DNA of 64,000 nucleotides from Pelomyxa schiedti (lineage: Eukaryota; Protista; Evosea): contig JAHLWZ010000417.1 of NCBI GenBank assembly GCA_020536535.1, forward strand, positions 15,226-79,225, in the 5' to 3' direction. Below the pieces are notes generated by a model, which worked only from the letters and a program-made list of their open reading frames with translations, ran no database searches and was not told where the DNA came from. Both the position numbers and the translations under genes were made by a program. Of the stretch, positions 14,001 through 28,000 are shown in pieces (within the stretch, counting starts at the first letter, position 1; every line of letters begins with the position of its first letter).

Positions 14001-14648
14001 CTGACTTTCACGGGGGGTGACCGTGATGGATGTGATCAAACTCTTTCTGACAGAGAAACGTACACCACAAATTAAGTAGTAACTTACACTCACTTCATTA
14101 CAAGTGTGATAAATTTTGCCTGCGATGTCAGTGAAGGAGAGGGAACACCCCGGTACATTTATTCACCAGTAAGTGATGAATGTGCGGTGAGTTTTTACTG
14201 GCAAACTGTATACGCTTGCCCAGTTTGTGAGGATTCTGATTATTATGTGGTATGCCCTTTTCACACTGTTCTTCTCTGTATCTTACTGCGATGTGATCCG
14301 CCCCCAGTTTGAAACGGGATGTCAATCTGGAGAGAAACAAACACAATTGGTAAGGTCATCTGACTGCAATGGGCCAGACGTCATTCTTCTCGACGTTGAG
14401 AAATGCCGTATGCCATGGGAATAAAGCGGGGTGGGTGTCGCGTGACTCCTCTTAATTTTCTTTCGTTTCCAGGTGACATTGCACTACCTCTGGGTGTCTT
14501 ATTTGGAATAGGAGCCTTTGTCGTTGTCATGCTAGTAGTGATTGTCATCATTCTTGTGCGGCACAAGCAGATCAGGTCCCGCTATTTCCAACTTGTCAGT
14601 CAGAGCAACGCCGCTGGTGTGGATTTGACTGAGATCAACAAGACCTAA
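8050..14648 (+). CDS. ELAPOR/KIAA1324 (UPF0577)-like cysteine-rich type I membrane protein with MRH-like domains
   Basis: Signal peptide (MLRTR|GSAFALIVAVLVSFAQ), recurring CxxxDYxxxYTxC units and CxPGTY/CPAGTYS TNFR/ephrin-like repeats. M6PR-like segments (ITFKC...CKYNLVWETEY; INFACD...CAVSFYWQTVYACPVC). One TM (LGVLFGIGAFVVVMLVVIVIILV) and a short tail with YFQL. Confidence 0.8.
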
Positions 14649-14833
14649 ACCTAGTTGCATACTACAATGGAATTCGCACGTGCATCTCTGTGTACTGAGG
14701 TTTTTGCCTCAAAAAAAAGAAGACAAAAGAATTCAAGGCTTTTCACCAACTTGGATAAAAGTGGGTGGAACTCTCCACACACAACATTTATTACTTACAA
14801 AATTTGCAAAGAGAGTGTGAGGTGTGGTGATTG

Positions 14834-16551
14834 TCAGAAGGCGGTGAAGGCGTGCAGTCTGTTGTGTACCTTTCTTGGCCTGGTTGTGGTGATTGGGTTT
14901 GGAATTGTGGGAAAGAGCGGGGATTTCCTAGAGTCCGAGGATTCCTGATTTGAATTCCAGAACGGCCGTATTCCGCAGAATACTGTGTTACTGAGAGCGG
15001 CATTGTGTCCGACTGTCTTCCCGGTAGTGTCCTCGTCACTGCCGAGTGTGGGGACTGGGGCGCGGGCAGAAGAAGGTGGCGAACACCAATTAGGGGTTGG
15101 CGAGTGAGGAGGAGAGGGCCGGCCGAAGACCTCCTGGCCTTGTTGAATGACTGATGTGGGTGTCTGATCTCGAGGAACTGATGGAAATTGTGGATTGGTG
15201 CGATTCAGAGGGGGTGAATTGGACTGCGATAATCGCTTGGGGTTGTCAAAAATGGAAACAAGCTGCACAAGAGACAGCGATTGCGCGCCGTGGAATGACT
15301 TCTCAATTTCGAGGAGCTGGGTTGGAAATGGTAAGTGATTCATCTCTTAGAAAGAAGAGAATGGATGCTCACCTGGAATAGATATTCTATTGAGGGATAA
15401 CTGAACGGAATCCGGTCATTCATAAAGTACGCAGAATCGCGAAGGGTGTACTTGCAAACAACAACCAAGTAAGCCAAAGCTACAACTATACATTGATTCC
15501 TGCCACTCTCGCAATAAACTACGGTCCCTCTCGCGGTACTTGCAAGCCTGTCATCAATATCTCTCTTTCCTTCTGTTGCACCACTGGAATTTGAATTCCC
15601 GTCAATGAAATCGAAGCACTCCGGCAAGACATCCCAAAGGTCAGTAGCCCTTGGCTTAATTCCGCACCTCATAGCCGCACATTCCTGATTCAGTGCACTC
15701 GGTAAGTTCAGGGATGGCGCCGATGTGAACCGCGTAGGAGATGAAAGTGCCGGGAGAGCTAGAGGTATTATCACAGATTCCTGCTGCTGCTGCTGAAACA
15801 GAGTAGGAGACTGATTCCGAGTGGTGCCGATGCTAATATTCTGCTTCTGTTCGGGCCTGTACAATTCCCTTCCCCAGGTGCCAGTATGAGGTCTCCACTT
15901 GTCATCCCCACGATGATTCAGCCTATGAGTTGCCGCAGAACTACTACTGCTAGTAGTAATACTTTCGCCTTGTGTAAAGTTGACATCATTTTCAACCAGC
16001 CGAACGCTGCTGCTGCTCCACTTGGGCACTTCTTCGAGATTTCTTCTGGGAACAGGGCTACTTTGTGGTCCGTAATTGTGGGTGTCAACCAGAACAACCC
16101 TGTGAATTGTAGGGGATGACGATGTCGACGAAGAGCCTGAGACAGAGACCGAGTTGAGTGACAAATTCGGATTGGCGGAAGTGCCGGTTCCTGCGCAGCC
16201 AACAGTTCCGAACAAAGCGAGGAACCTGAGCCTGGACGATGACAGGTGACTACTCGAGGCAGCGCTCTTGTCCGACAAGGCGGCGGCGTCGGCGGCGCTG
16301 CAGACGTGCAGGACGCCCGGGACTATCGTGGTGACCATGCCCCAGCAGCCCCCGCCGCCTCCAAGCTCATTATGGGAGGGGAACGACGTCATCCCATAAT
16401 CAGGCCGCTGTGCTCTGTCGTCGGAGGCGTGGTGGCTGTGGTGTGTCCGGTGGCGATTGTTGTTGCTGCTGCTGTTGTTTGTAGTTTTGCAGCTGGTGAT
16501 TCTGGTAGGGGATACAGCCGGGAGCTGGGCCTGTTGAGGCTGCTGCGCCAT
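14834..16551 (-). CDS. Dual-specificity phosphatase-like protein (predicted inactive, C-x5-Q)
   Basis: IVPGVLHVCS, DLWDVLPECFDFID, VVYCESGRNQCIVVALAYLV and PSIEYLFQ|LLEIEK mark the DSP fold. The P-loop Arg is replaced by Gln. Confidence 0.75.
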
Positions 16552-16967
16552 GGATTTCTTGTTCGTTTGGTTTTTTCCTTGGTTGTTTTTTTTCTGTGCG
16601 TGTAAAAGGGGTTTGCAGAAGGGCACTACACTCGATGAGAAGGAAGATGTTTAAGGCCAGGGAAAAACGAGGCACTGACCGGTTTTGGATGGAGGCTGAA
16701 GTTGAATTCCTCAGAAAGGAATCCTCTTACGTGATCTCCGTAAGCGAGAAGACCGGGAAATTGCCAGCAAATTCCACAGCTTCTGGAGACCCCGAAGAAG
16801 TTATAATCAACTTGGGGTCCCCCTACAAGGCTTTTTCCTTGGAGTCCCGCCATTCTTCTGCTTTAATTGGCGAGCACCCCGACTACTGCGACGTTCCGGC
16901 TCAAGCCCCTCAGGTCATTTGCAATCTGATGGCAACAATAAAGACCGTACAAAAAAAAAAAAAAAAC

Positions 16968-18470
16968 ATGCCATTCGTCGATGCCAACCTGGGTTCGGAA
17001 GCGAAGCTGGTGCGGGTTGCGTGGGACAGAGGGTGGGACCTGGTGATTTGCAACCACACAATTGTGGGAGCCGACGCGGCCAAGCGCCTGTCGTCGGCGT
17101 CGTCGGCCTCGTCGCTCGTGGAGCCGATGATGGCCCCCGCGTTGCCCGCCGAAGCTTCGGTTCGAGAAGCGATCGAGTCTGCGGATCCGCAAACTGCGCT
17201 GAAACTGATGCCTGTCACCAAGAGGAGGGCTGTTCTGAGACGCCTCACTTTCGTTCTGAGTAATGAATCTCAGGTTTGCTTGCTCTAAAATTAGTGGCAA
17301 GCTAATATTCCTGGCTGCCAGGACTGCCTCCAAAATAACAACAGCCATAAAGCACTCCAATTCACCTAAACCTACCTACAGTGTTGCTGTTGTGTTACCA
17401 TTTTTTGTTTTGTGGTCTGTATCTAGTCTTGTGAATATGGTTTGACCTCTGGCAGATTGCTGCATTCAGGAAGGTCTCACAGGATCCATGTTGGGATGTT
17501 ATTGCAGTTCTACCCACCACCATTGGAACTCTCTCGCTTTGCTGTAATACTCTTGAGGTTTCTTTTTTTTGGGGTTTGTCAAGTCCTCTTTTGACCTTCC
17601 ATTTCCAGGTAGACATCATATCTCTTGATGCCAGCCAGAGATGGGTGGGACTTCGTGCAGCGGGTGTGCATGGTGCAATTGAAAGAGGAATCTACTTTGA
17701 GTTATGTACAGCACAAGCAATGACTTCACAAATGAACAGCCGGACTCTTGTAGCTAATGCCCTTGAATTGATGCTGGCCACGAAAAAAAAGAATGTACTG
17801 CTTTCTAGTGGTGCACGGGAGGTGCGTCAATTTTCCTGGTTACAACACTTTTTTACCTTTTGTTTCTCTCTTGATTTCTAATATATAACTTGGTTGACAG
17901 GAACCTCACATTCACACACCCCGAGATATGATAAACCTTGGAGTTCTCTTTGGCCTCACTGAACAGCAGGCCAAGTATTCCATAACCCAGCTACCATTAA
18001 TGGCACTTGCTCACTGCAAAATGAGAAAGCTACCTGTATCCCATGTACTGGGAATTCAACTCACTGGAACAATTGAGAAGTCAGAAAAATGTTGGCAACT
18101 ACCGGAACCTGTCAATACAGTTCGCCAAAACAAACCAGCAGTCCGAGGTAACAGAACCGAAAGAACAGAAACCGGGTGGGGATGGAAGGGAGGAAGTGGA
18201 GGGTCCAAATTCAAGCTGGTGGGAATGCACAAGACCTGGACAAATAGGCTCGGCACCAACTGGAAAGAGAAGGGAGGCAGAGTGACCCAACTACCAAAGA
18301 GACTGAGAAAAAGAACTGCAATCCAAACTACCACAGCTAAAAAGACAACAAACACAACAACAAGCACAACAACAAGCACAAACACAACTACCGCAGGCAA
18401 AAAAGCAAGCAACACAACAAGCAAAAGCTCCCCTCATGCAAGAAACAAACAAACAAAACCTAAGGAATGA
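16968..18470 (+). CDS. RPP30: Ribonuclease P/MRP subunit p30
   Basis: MPFVDAN...DLVICNH, LRRLTFVL, WDVIAVLP, VDIISLD, AIERGIYFELC, NVLLSSGA and INLGVLFGL are typical RPP30 PHP-fold motifs. Basic low-complexity tail. Confidence 0.88.
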
Positions 18471-18597
18471 GCTTTGTCAATCACTGAAATCCGTAGTAAT
18501 AAATAGAGCAAGTGTATTCCAAAAAGCCACAATAAAAGATATTGTGTGGCACATATTTCCTTGGTTTTTGAGACTAGAAATTACAATCAAATTGCAG

Positions 18598-21500
18598 TTA
18601 GTTCCCGGGTACTATCAGTCTGGTGTCTAAATCGGCGAGGCCAGTGACATCATCAACTTTAGCCTTTGTGAGTGTGTCAGGTATTTGCTTTGGCGGGGGT
18701 GGTGCCATGGCCTCAGGGGGCGGAGGTAGTTCATGGACAACAGAAAGGGTGATTGGTGATTGTGCGGGAAGGGAGATAAGGACCGAGGCCGGACCTGGAG
18801 TGGTGGTGGAACTATGCAGTACCGGGAGTGGGGGTTCCGGTGCTGGTGCGGGAGGGGGATTCTGTGATCCCGGTGGCGGCAGAAGTGGTTTCGGTGTGGG
18901 TGAGGGGGAGTTGATGAGGGAGGTTTGAGGGGGAGTGGACAGCCGTTGTGGGAATGGACAGCCGTTGTGGGATGGGTGCGCGGGTGGAGGGAGGGGTGTG
19001 AATTATTACAGGAGGGGTTGGGGATGAGTAAATTACTGTGAGGTAGAGTGACGTTTGCGCTTGAAGTGGAATGGATGTAGTTGTTGTTGACTGTATGCGG
19101 ATGGTGGACTCGTGGCCAGAGGAAGAAGATGCCAAAAATGGGGATGTTTGTAAAAAGTGTTCATCTGTGGAGGCTTTGAGGGGTGAAGAAGCCTCCAATT
19201 GTTGGGCCAAAGAGCCTAATGGTGGCTCCTCTGTAAAACTGGGGGCTGAGATGCGGCTGAGTGCCAACTTCGAGTTGTCAGACTCGTCTTTGGGTCTAAA
19301 TGATGGTGGTGAGGGAGCAGGTGGGAGAGGTGGTGGCGAAGGTGGGGGTGGCGGAGGCTCTGGGAGAGATTCTGGGAGTGGTAAAGGAAAGCTGTTAGTC
19401 TCCAGTTGACTTAATGTTTCTGGTGTATGCAGTATGGGAGAAGAACTGAGTGACACCTGTGAAGAGGGACGCGCAGGTGCATGAGTTGCTGGGATGCGGA
19501 GAGGCGCTGAGGGTGGTACTGGTGCATGTGCAGAGGGAGGGGTACGAAGCAAAGCAGGCTTGGGTTCGATTGGCGTGCAGACCACTGAAGGCTGGTACGT
19601 TGTGGGTGGCAAAAGAGGGGGTGGGACCGCTGTTTCTGAACCAGTACATGCTGCTGGGATGGGACTGGGCTGTAAAGATGCGGGCAAAAGGTTGTTTGAC
19701 AGAGTTGATTCTTGAGGATGAGTGTCTTCAACCCTGGATGGTAAAAGAAGAACTTCCCCTGAGGGTTCTGGGGTGGCCTCCATTTTGTGAGTGGATGACC
19801 TGTCCTCAGTTGGTGAATTTACTGTGTTTGCGGGAAGTTCAGTTGTGGTTACATGTAGAACTTCAGTAGTGGGTTCCTGTTTGGGGGATAAAACAGGTGT
19901 TATTAGGGAAGGTTGTGCTATGGATACAGCTGAGCCGATTGGGATTGGTGGAGTGAGTGGGGCTTCTGTCCCTGATGCAGTAGATTGCACGTTAACACTG
20001 GGGAGTGTTGGATCGCCTTCCTGTCGTGTCGGTCTTTCTAGTGAAGTAGAAATTTCAGATGGAGTGCTAAGCTGTGCTGATAATGGCTTCGCATGTGGCT
20101 GAGGTGTGTTAGAGAGAAGCCGCTCAGGCGGTGGTCGGGACGGCGCGGGAGGTGTTTTTAATAGTAAAGGGTGAGAACTTTGTGCACTATAAGGGATATG
20201 AGGCACTAGGGATATTGAAGGTGCTTGATTGCTTTTGGGGAGTTGAGAGAGGAGACTGGAGGTTCTTAACGTTGGAGGTAAGATCAAATGAGGGCGTAGT
20301 GGGGGCATTGTAAGAGGTAATGGAGGTGGTGTTGTTTTTAGTGGTTCGGTCGAGGGAACCCTACTGACAGTGATGTGGTTGGTTACATTACTTAAATCAC
20401 CTATTGGTGCCTTGGGCGACGAATCTGGTGCCAGCACAATACAGGGACTTGAGGGAACATTTGAAGACTCGGACAAGGGAGAGAGCGTAGTGAGGGGGCT
20501 TCCTTGGGGAGACTCTGTTGATCCAGGATATTTTGTATCCAGTGGAGGTTTTGTGTTCGTTTCTTCACCTGAGGGAGTTGCTGGGACCTCTTGTTGAGAG
20601 TTGGGTACTACACTAAGAGGTTCCAACTCCTTTGCTGGGGAAGTGCTAAGCTTTGGGTCGGGGCTCAATGTACCAAGTTCACCTGCCAAACAATCAGATA
20701 TATAAGGTATAAAAATATCAATACCACTAGGTGTACGACGTGCTTCCTGTGGGGGTGACACCTCTTTCACAATCAGGGCTTCAATTAGAGCAAGGGAAGT
20801 CTGGAAGGTTGTTAAAATGTAGGCCGGCTCACCAGAAATATCCTCTTCTCTCAGAAAGTGCTCGATATATTTAAATGCTTGTTGAAAATAAGAAAGGCAA
20901 AGAATATTGGAAGTTGCGAACTTGTAAAAGGATGGTCCAGGTTGCCTTTTATCAGTACAAAAGAAATTATAGGTAAAAAGTCGTCTGCACCACTACATAG
21001 AGTCAGACAAAAGGGGTTGACTGTGGTTGGATACATGTTCAGCTGATCTGGGGGTAGCTGGTCCCCCCAGTGTTGTTCCACAGTACCCACAATATGAGCA
21101 CCCACCTTGACAAGGCAGTTCAGTTTCAGCCATGGTGTAGTTAGTGTGTCTAATTTTTTAATCTCTAACTAGAGTTAGCATTACTCGTAACAATGGTGGG
21201 GGTACGTACCATTTATAGAGTCTTTGTAGGGGGTGTAATTGGCAGAGCCTTCCTGGGCCTAAAAGGGAGGTTACCGAAATCAGAACAAGCACAGGACATT
21301 TACCAGTAGAAATGGTGAGGGAGTACTCAGGCAAAAACGGCGTGATATCCCAAGGGATTGGGTGGTAATATCTTGAAGCTTGGAACAGCCAGCCTTGAAG
21401 TCTTCATCTTCTGTATGAAACTACTTTGTTTTTAAGATCGAAAACGATGGGTAGGGAGTGTCACCTTCTTACAATATCTACCCCATAAGCTCTTATAGTT

Positions 21501-24500
21501 TAGATCAAAAACAACTTCCCACAAAGCTCTTTCTATCCACACATCCAGCTCAAAGAGATCGGAATACCATTTGTCAATGGCAATATCTACAATGCGATCT
21601 GACTGGTGTTAGATAGAAAAGCGCCTTGGGTAGAATGCAAACCGCAACACTCAGTCGCCTGGCGTCTTATGAGTGCTGCAGTTCCATCACTCCCTAATCC
21701 TGGAGACTGATATATGAACTTCGTAAACGCCAAAATTGAACGAGAAAAATAGTGGTAAAGTGGGTGATTCTCTGCCCTAGTTAATCATTAATAATAATAA
21801 TGAAAATAAAAGTATTTTTAAAGTCAAAGGTTTCATAAATTGCTAACCCATGAATTTTGGCAAAGTGGGAGACAAATATATCCAAAGTCAGATCGTCAAC
21901 AGGAATTTCTTTAACACGTTGAACCCAAGCTTTTATCAATTCAATCGCAAGGAGTTTATTGGAGTTCACCTGGCATGAAATGAGAACATTCAAAAGGTAA
22001 GGACTACCTTCTGAGTTCGAACTAGTGAGCTGAGAAGTGAAATGCTTTTTGTACGCGATAGTAGTTCGGCTCTTCTTTGCACGGTTGGTTTTTGGTTTTG
22101 GGGATGCTGAACTGGAGGTGCGAGCACACTTGATTTTTGATCCAACTTCGTTTCATTGGGTATATGAGGTTTTGGAGGGTCCTGTAGTTCAATTTTCGCA
22201 TTATGCAGGGTGTCAGACTTTGCATCAGGTGTCAATGCAAGATTTGGTGGTGGTGTCTCGGATTGTTCAGCATGTTGTGCAATGGGTGTTGCCAAGTGTA
22301 TAGTGTCAGCTTCGTCATTCACATCAGCGCAACTAGAAAGCTGCAAGGGATGAAGATTAACTTGTGCATCCGAGATATCTTTGCAGCCGCTTGATGGTTT
22401 AATTTCTGAAGGTAATTGCACAATATCATTTCCAAATTCAGAGGAGCTACGGGAAAGCAGCCGGGGTGGTGGTGACAATGGTGCCTGGTTTTCGTATCTT
22501 ACTAGCTCACTGGCACTGGAACTTCTTGCAATTGGATCCCCGGGATTTCTAGGAGGTAGTCCAGGTTTCCAAATCCCCACGGGGCAAGTGGGGCTTACTG
22601 GCCCATCGAAAGAAATTACTTCCGGAACAAGTGGAGAACATTTTGTTGGTTGGTCAGAAATGATAGGGCTACTGGAAAGCATAGGCCTTTCTGGCTCCGA
22701 GTCACTTTCAGATGAGGAAGAGGAAGAGGAGGAGGAAGAAGAATCCAACGAGTCTAATGATGAGACACTGTCACTACCAACTCCAACACTGGTACTGAGA
22801 GCTGAAGATTCGGTAAGCAGCGCAGTGGTACCAGGTGACTCGGAAAGAGGTTCAGAAGCACCAAGATTTTGGGGCATATGAAGTCTCAAGAATGGTTTCC
22901 TTGAGGGGGCTAGGGACTCGCAATGTGCAAATGACCACAAGGAGTATGTAGGGAAAGACGAATATGTTGAAAATGGTTGGATATTTTGTGGTGCATCTTT
23001 TGGCTCGGCCTGTTCTAGCTTGGCAGGCAAGCTAGACTCATAATTACTGAGTTGACTCCCGGAAGTCTGGTTTTCAGTCGACTTCTCTTCAGTTACGCAT
23101 TCAGCCAATGGTTGTGTTTCAACATGTGATTGTTCAGAGGGCTCAATGGTTGTTGGTTGTGCCTCAGAAGGGTTTGTGGGGGATGGCTCCCCTTCACACA
23201 ATACTGTAGAAGTAGAAACTGTTTGCTCTGACTCCATTTGTTGCACAACTTTGACCTGCTCTGTCAGTGGCTCCGCACTGAATCGTTCGGCCTCTGGAAA
23301 CTTCGGAGTGTGTAGCATGTGTGATTGCGGCTGTGAGCGCGCCCGATCCCTGATTTCACTGACGGCAACATTTGTGGGAACCTCCGGATGCACCAGCAAC
23401 AGCTTGTGGAGCTGCTCCTCCATGTAAAAGACCGTCGCCGACCTCTCCTTGTTTGTCATAGTAGCATACTGCCTGCGGTGGCTGCGCCTCTGCTGCAGCT
23501 GCTTGTGATTGCTGGCCACAGGGACCTGTGCGCCTGTCTGCTCGTACTTCTGGGACGGCGGCGGGGGCTTCCAATGGCGGGTGGGCCGGATCAGAGGGCT
23601 TGTAGCAGGGGAAGTGGTAGGGGAGTTCTTCGGCTCGGGATTGTCGTGGGAATGTGTGTGGTGGTGGTGGCGGTGGTGGTGGCGACGGTGATGGTGGTGG
23701 TGATGGTGCCGGTGCTTGTGCTTCTTTACTATCTCTTCTAGCCTCTTATCTGTTTTCCCGGCAAGGGCGGCGGCGAACAGGGCATCGTAGTCTCGGCTGG
23801 TAATGTTCTCATCTTCGCTCGACGAGTCACTGAAATCCTGCAATTGAGATTTTTGGACTGGAGACGAACGGCCTGTTCGGCTGTGCGATGACGACGAAGA
23901 AGATGAAGAAGCGGTAGGCGTCTTGGCTTCCGAGATAGTGGCTTGGTTTTGGGAAGAGATTGTAGATTGGGTGCTGTGTGACCTGGGAGGAATCGGTGTC
24001 AACCTCAAATCGTCGGAGCTTGTGATAGAGCTGGACTTGGAACTCACGGGCTGCATCAACGTCATGCCCCTCGATCTTGGCATGTCATAGTGCGATTTGG
24101 GCCTCACGTTGGACTTTGGCTTGGAATTGGAACTGGAACTAGAAACAGGGCAGCCGCCCGTGCTTGGCGTCCTAACGTGGCCTGGAGATTTCTCCCTTTT
24201 GGTCTCGGTCGGCGCAATTGTGGGTGCAGGCTTGGAATCTGGCGGCGCGTCGCCCAAGTTGGTCGCCTCAGCCGTTGACGACGACGAAGACGAAGGAGTC
24301 GGCGGGGTGATTGACCGTTTGAGCTTTGGTTTTGAGTGTGAGGAGCGCTTGCGGTGGGAGGACGAGGAGGAGGACGACGATTTGCCATTATGGGAGCTGT
24401 GTTGCATTGGGGACGAAGGGCGGTCGGTGTTGTGAGTGTGTGGTGATGATGATGGGGAAGAAGGGCAAGTGGTTGATGTTGTTGAAAAAGTTGAAGTACT

Positions 24501-24611
24501 GCACTCTGCTGTTGATGGTGAGGGCGAGAGATCTGGACCGGTCGGGGCCTTGGTGTAGGCCACACTCTGGCAGTACTTCTTGCGGTGCGAGGACCTGGGC
24601 ACGTCGACCAT
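18598..24611 (-). CDS. VPS9-domain Rab5-family GEF with long disordered N- and C-termini
   Basis: PWLKLNCL, GADDFLPIISFVLIK and GEPAYILTTFQTSL VPS9 signatures near 20780-21150, flanked by 873-aa and 652-aa Ser/Pro-rich ORFs. The 3' end is uncertain (18812, or 18598 via a further intron). Confidence 0.8.
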
Positions 24612-25029
24612 CCGTTGGTTCTTTTTTTTTTTCGTTTTGGTAACAGGACGAAAACCGGAAGTCTAATAAGAGCGGCGGTGTATTTTCTCCAATCCAGGAA
24701 GGCCAGAGAATGGGCTTTAGGAGAAATCGATCTATCCGTTCGGTGCCACTGTTGGGTGGTGAGAAGAACGTCTGAGAGATAGCAGTGATCAGGGGCAGAG
24801 GACAACAGCACCCATTTGTGACTGACCCCTCGCATCATCGCTTCCGATTTTGCTTCTATCCTCCAATTTCGGCCAATGAGGGACTGGAATATTCCCACTG
24901 GTTGTTTCTGGATTCATCAGGTCGCTAACTTGGAATCAATCACTCCGTCATAGCGACTCCCTCGTCGCTGGCAAACACCTTTCAAACACACCAACAAACA
25001 AAAAAAAACCAGACCAAGTGATAATATTC

Positions 25030-28000
25030 ATGGCCTCCTCCACCACGGAGCTTGAAGACAGCCTCTCGTGGGACACAACATGTGGGCTGTGCCTCTCTCC
25101 CTTGTCTCTCGCTGGCGGGGGAACAAACCGAACCATTGCGGAGCTCCACAGGGTCCCTCTCGCCGCCACACGAAGAGGACCCCCGTCGTCGAGCTCAGCT
25201 TCGACGCCGCCGAGCAGCGCACCAGGCTCCACAGCAGGAGGAACTTCGTCGGCACAGCAAACAGCAGGCACCACGCCTCACAGGGTGTGCATGGATTGTG
25301 CCCGCAAGCTGGTCAACAACGCGGTGGCTCGGTCAGCTTTCTACCAGGGCGTGGCCCAGGCCCAGGCCCAGGCCCCTTCATTAAATGGCTCACTGAGAAA
25401 CAGCGGCGGCGCAGAGGGGTGCCGGCATCAAACGCAGCCAGGGGAGACACAGTCAGGGCAGACAGCTGCTACTGGCTCTGCTTCTTCTGGTGTTATCCTC
25501 TCTGAGCAGTGTGGTGGAAGAGGGAATGATGGGATGGGAGAATGTGTTGGGGGCAGCGCATGTAGTGTGAATCAACAGAATATAATGTGGTCACCACTGC
25601 TGCGTATTCATCCTGAGTTGTTGTCTGGCCCGCCTAACACGAAGGTTCTTGGAGATATATGAAATACTTGAGACTATTCATATCTTTTTTTCTTTTGACG
25701 CACAACAAGGGAGGAGTGAATGTCCACTCTATGGTGCACACAATATCTGCTCTGAGTTGTCCAATATGCGGCGAATCATTGCCATTCCCAGTCAAGACCA
25801 GCCTGCCATCGGTTTTTTTTTTTATCACGACCTTCTTCCTTGTATACTTACTTTCAAAAAAAAAACCAGTTTTCTCAGATTGACACTGCAACCCAAATTC
25901 TACGAGAATCGGAAATAATTGTTGATGCTGTACAAGGAGAAAAGAAGTGTTGCCCAATATGTGAGGAAGTGCAGCCAACCCACTCCTGCGTGGTGTGCAG
26001 GGTACTTGTTTGTGCAACACCCCGTTGTATGAGGATTATAACAAACACTTGCAGATCGCAAGGACACACTGTAAGTTGTGGTTTAATTCTCTTTCCTTAC
26101 TACCTGTTCACGATGATTTTTCTAAAAAAGTTCACTCCCATTGAAATCGGAGCAGCTAAAACAAACCTTCCATGCCCTGAGCACAACAGGCCGTTGGATA
26201 TGTTTTGTATAAAAGATAATATTCCCGTGTGTTCAACTTGTATTCTCTCTGGTGCCCATCAAGCTAATCAGGTTTTTGGCCATCTTGCCCAATTTGTTAA
26301 TTTCAAACTCATTGTGTCCCAAGCATCCAACCATTACAATTCAACAAGCATCCAAAGAGAGGAAGGAAATAATTACAAGGCAATCACAAGAACTTTCAGA
26401 AAAAATCAAAGTGTTGGAGGAGGCACTTGCGGCAGTGACTAAGACCAAATATGACATCAATGAGGTCCAACCAGCAACCACAAAGCCAAGTCAATTAAAA
26501 AAACTAACAGAATTGTGGTGTTGCACTGAAAGATATTGAGGATACATTTTCGACACTAGAGCTCATTTTAGCGACAAGGCACAAGCAACTTATATCGGAA
26601 TGCATGGAAATTGCACAAACAACAGGTTAATACTAATGCTGTCACCAAACTTGCTCATCTTTGAATACAGAGAAAATCATCACTCTGCAACAGGACCACC
26701 TCGAAAGGTTCCTTGAGACCGCAAAAACTGTTTTGAGATCTGCATTAAAGCTGAGAGACACGCCCCATGACTTTGGTGTGATCCGGTCATTTGACTCAAT
26801 AGAAAGACTGATTTCTGCGTTGAAGTCCCAACTCGTATGTTTTGATTTATACTTACAGTTCATTGACATTGTTGTTGGAAAAGGTTTATGAGAAGCCATG
26901 CTGCAAATCTGAAATTAATTTCACAACAATAAAGAACCTCTCTGAGGTAATCAAATCATTTGGAGCAGTCACATTTGGTTTGCGTTTGACCTCATTGAAT
27001 TCTTGTAATAATCAAAATACACATAGGTGTTTCAGCTTCTATGAGTAAATTCAGAGTTACACCTTGCAGGGAAAACACACCCGTTGTTGGCATGAAATGG
27101 CAGTGCATGATTGAGTGTACATCTCTTGTGGATAACACAGGAACCCTTATTCCATCCACCATTTCCATTCCTTCGTTGACAAGTGCTGGAATGTGTATTG
27201 TTGTGCACAAAGGTTTGTCACCACACCAGGTTTTGCTCAAATTAACTCACAAAGGGCCAGGGCCAGAATACACTGCGGAGACAAGGCAGTTTGAGCAAGT
27301 TCCATTCTGGCAGAGTGTTGTGTCTCCAGGACGCAATGATGGAGAAGTGCTCAAGTGTGATGTCATGTTCATTCCAGAGATCACTGGGAGACACTCGTTG
27401 GTTATTGGAGGGAGTGAAGTTTTTTCTTGCGAGATAAAGCGTTAGTTTTTTCCTTCTTTTCCCCCAACCATTAACTTAGAAAATAGAAATCAACCAACAG
27501 TCAACCACACTGGTTGGCGACCTGACAGGTACTGTGGGAAACCCATTTAAGTTGAAATTACTTGTGTGCATTCTCATATCATGTTTCAAACATTTTTTTG
27601 AAATATCTCCAATAGGTACACTACTCTGATGGCACACCCGTATCTGCTGAGGACTGGCTAATCAGTCCACCACTGATGCGGACCCGCTTCAAAATTACAG
27701 GCCCCTTGCCACCAAATTCGGATCAAGAAGATTTCACACAGTGTCCAAACCCAGCAGAAATTGAGTTCAAAGTGCAAAGTGGGGGTGAGTACAAATTGTT
27801 CATTCAGAATACTGTCTGGCCCAATACAAAGGACTGGATTTCAATGCCTGGGTCACCTTTCCTGATCAGAGTCACTCAAGGTGTGGTTGTTTCCTCTCTT
27901 CTTTAAACCCAAAGGACTTAATTTAATCTACACAGTGGACATCAGCAAATGCACAATTTGGACTCTTCCTTCATCCCTCACAGTGGGGCACAAAATTTCC

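Noticed and set aside
16596-16967. In-frame ORF extension upstream of RPP30
   Set aside because: RPP30 homology starts at ATG 16968 after a poly-A leader like that of other genes here. The region is probably a bidirectional promoter.
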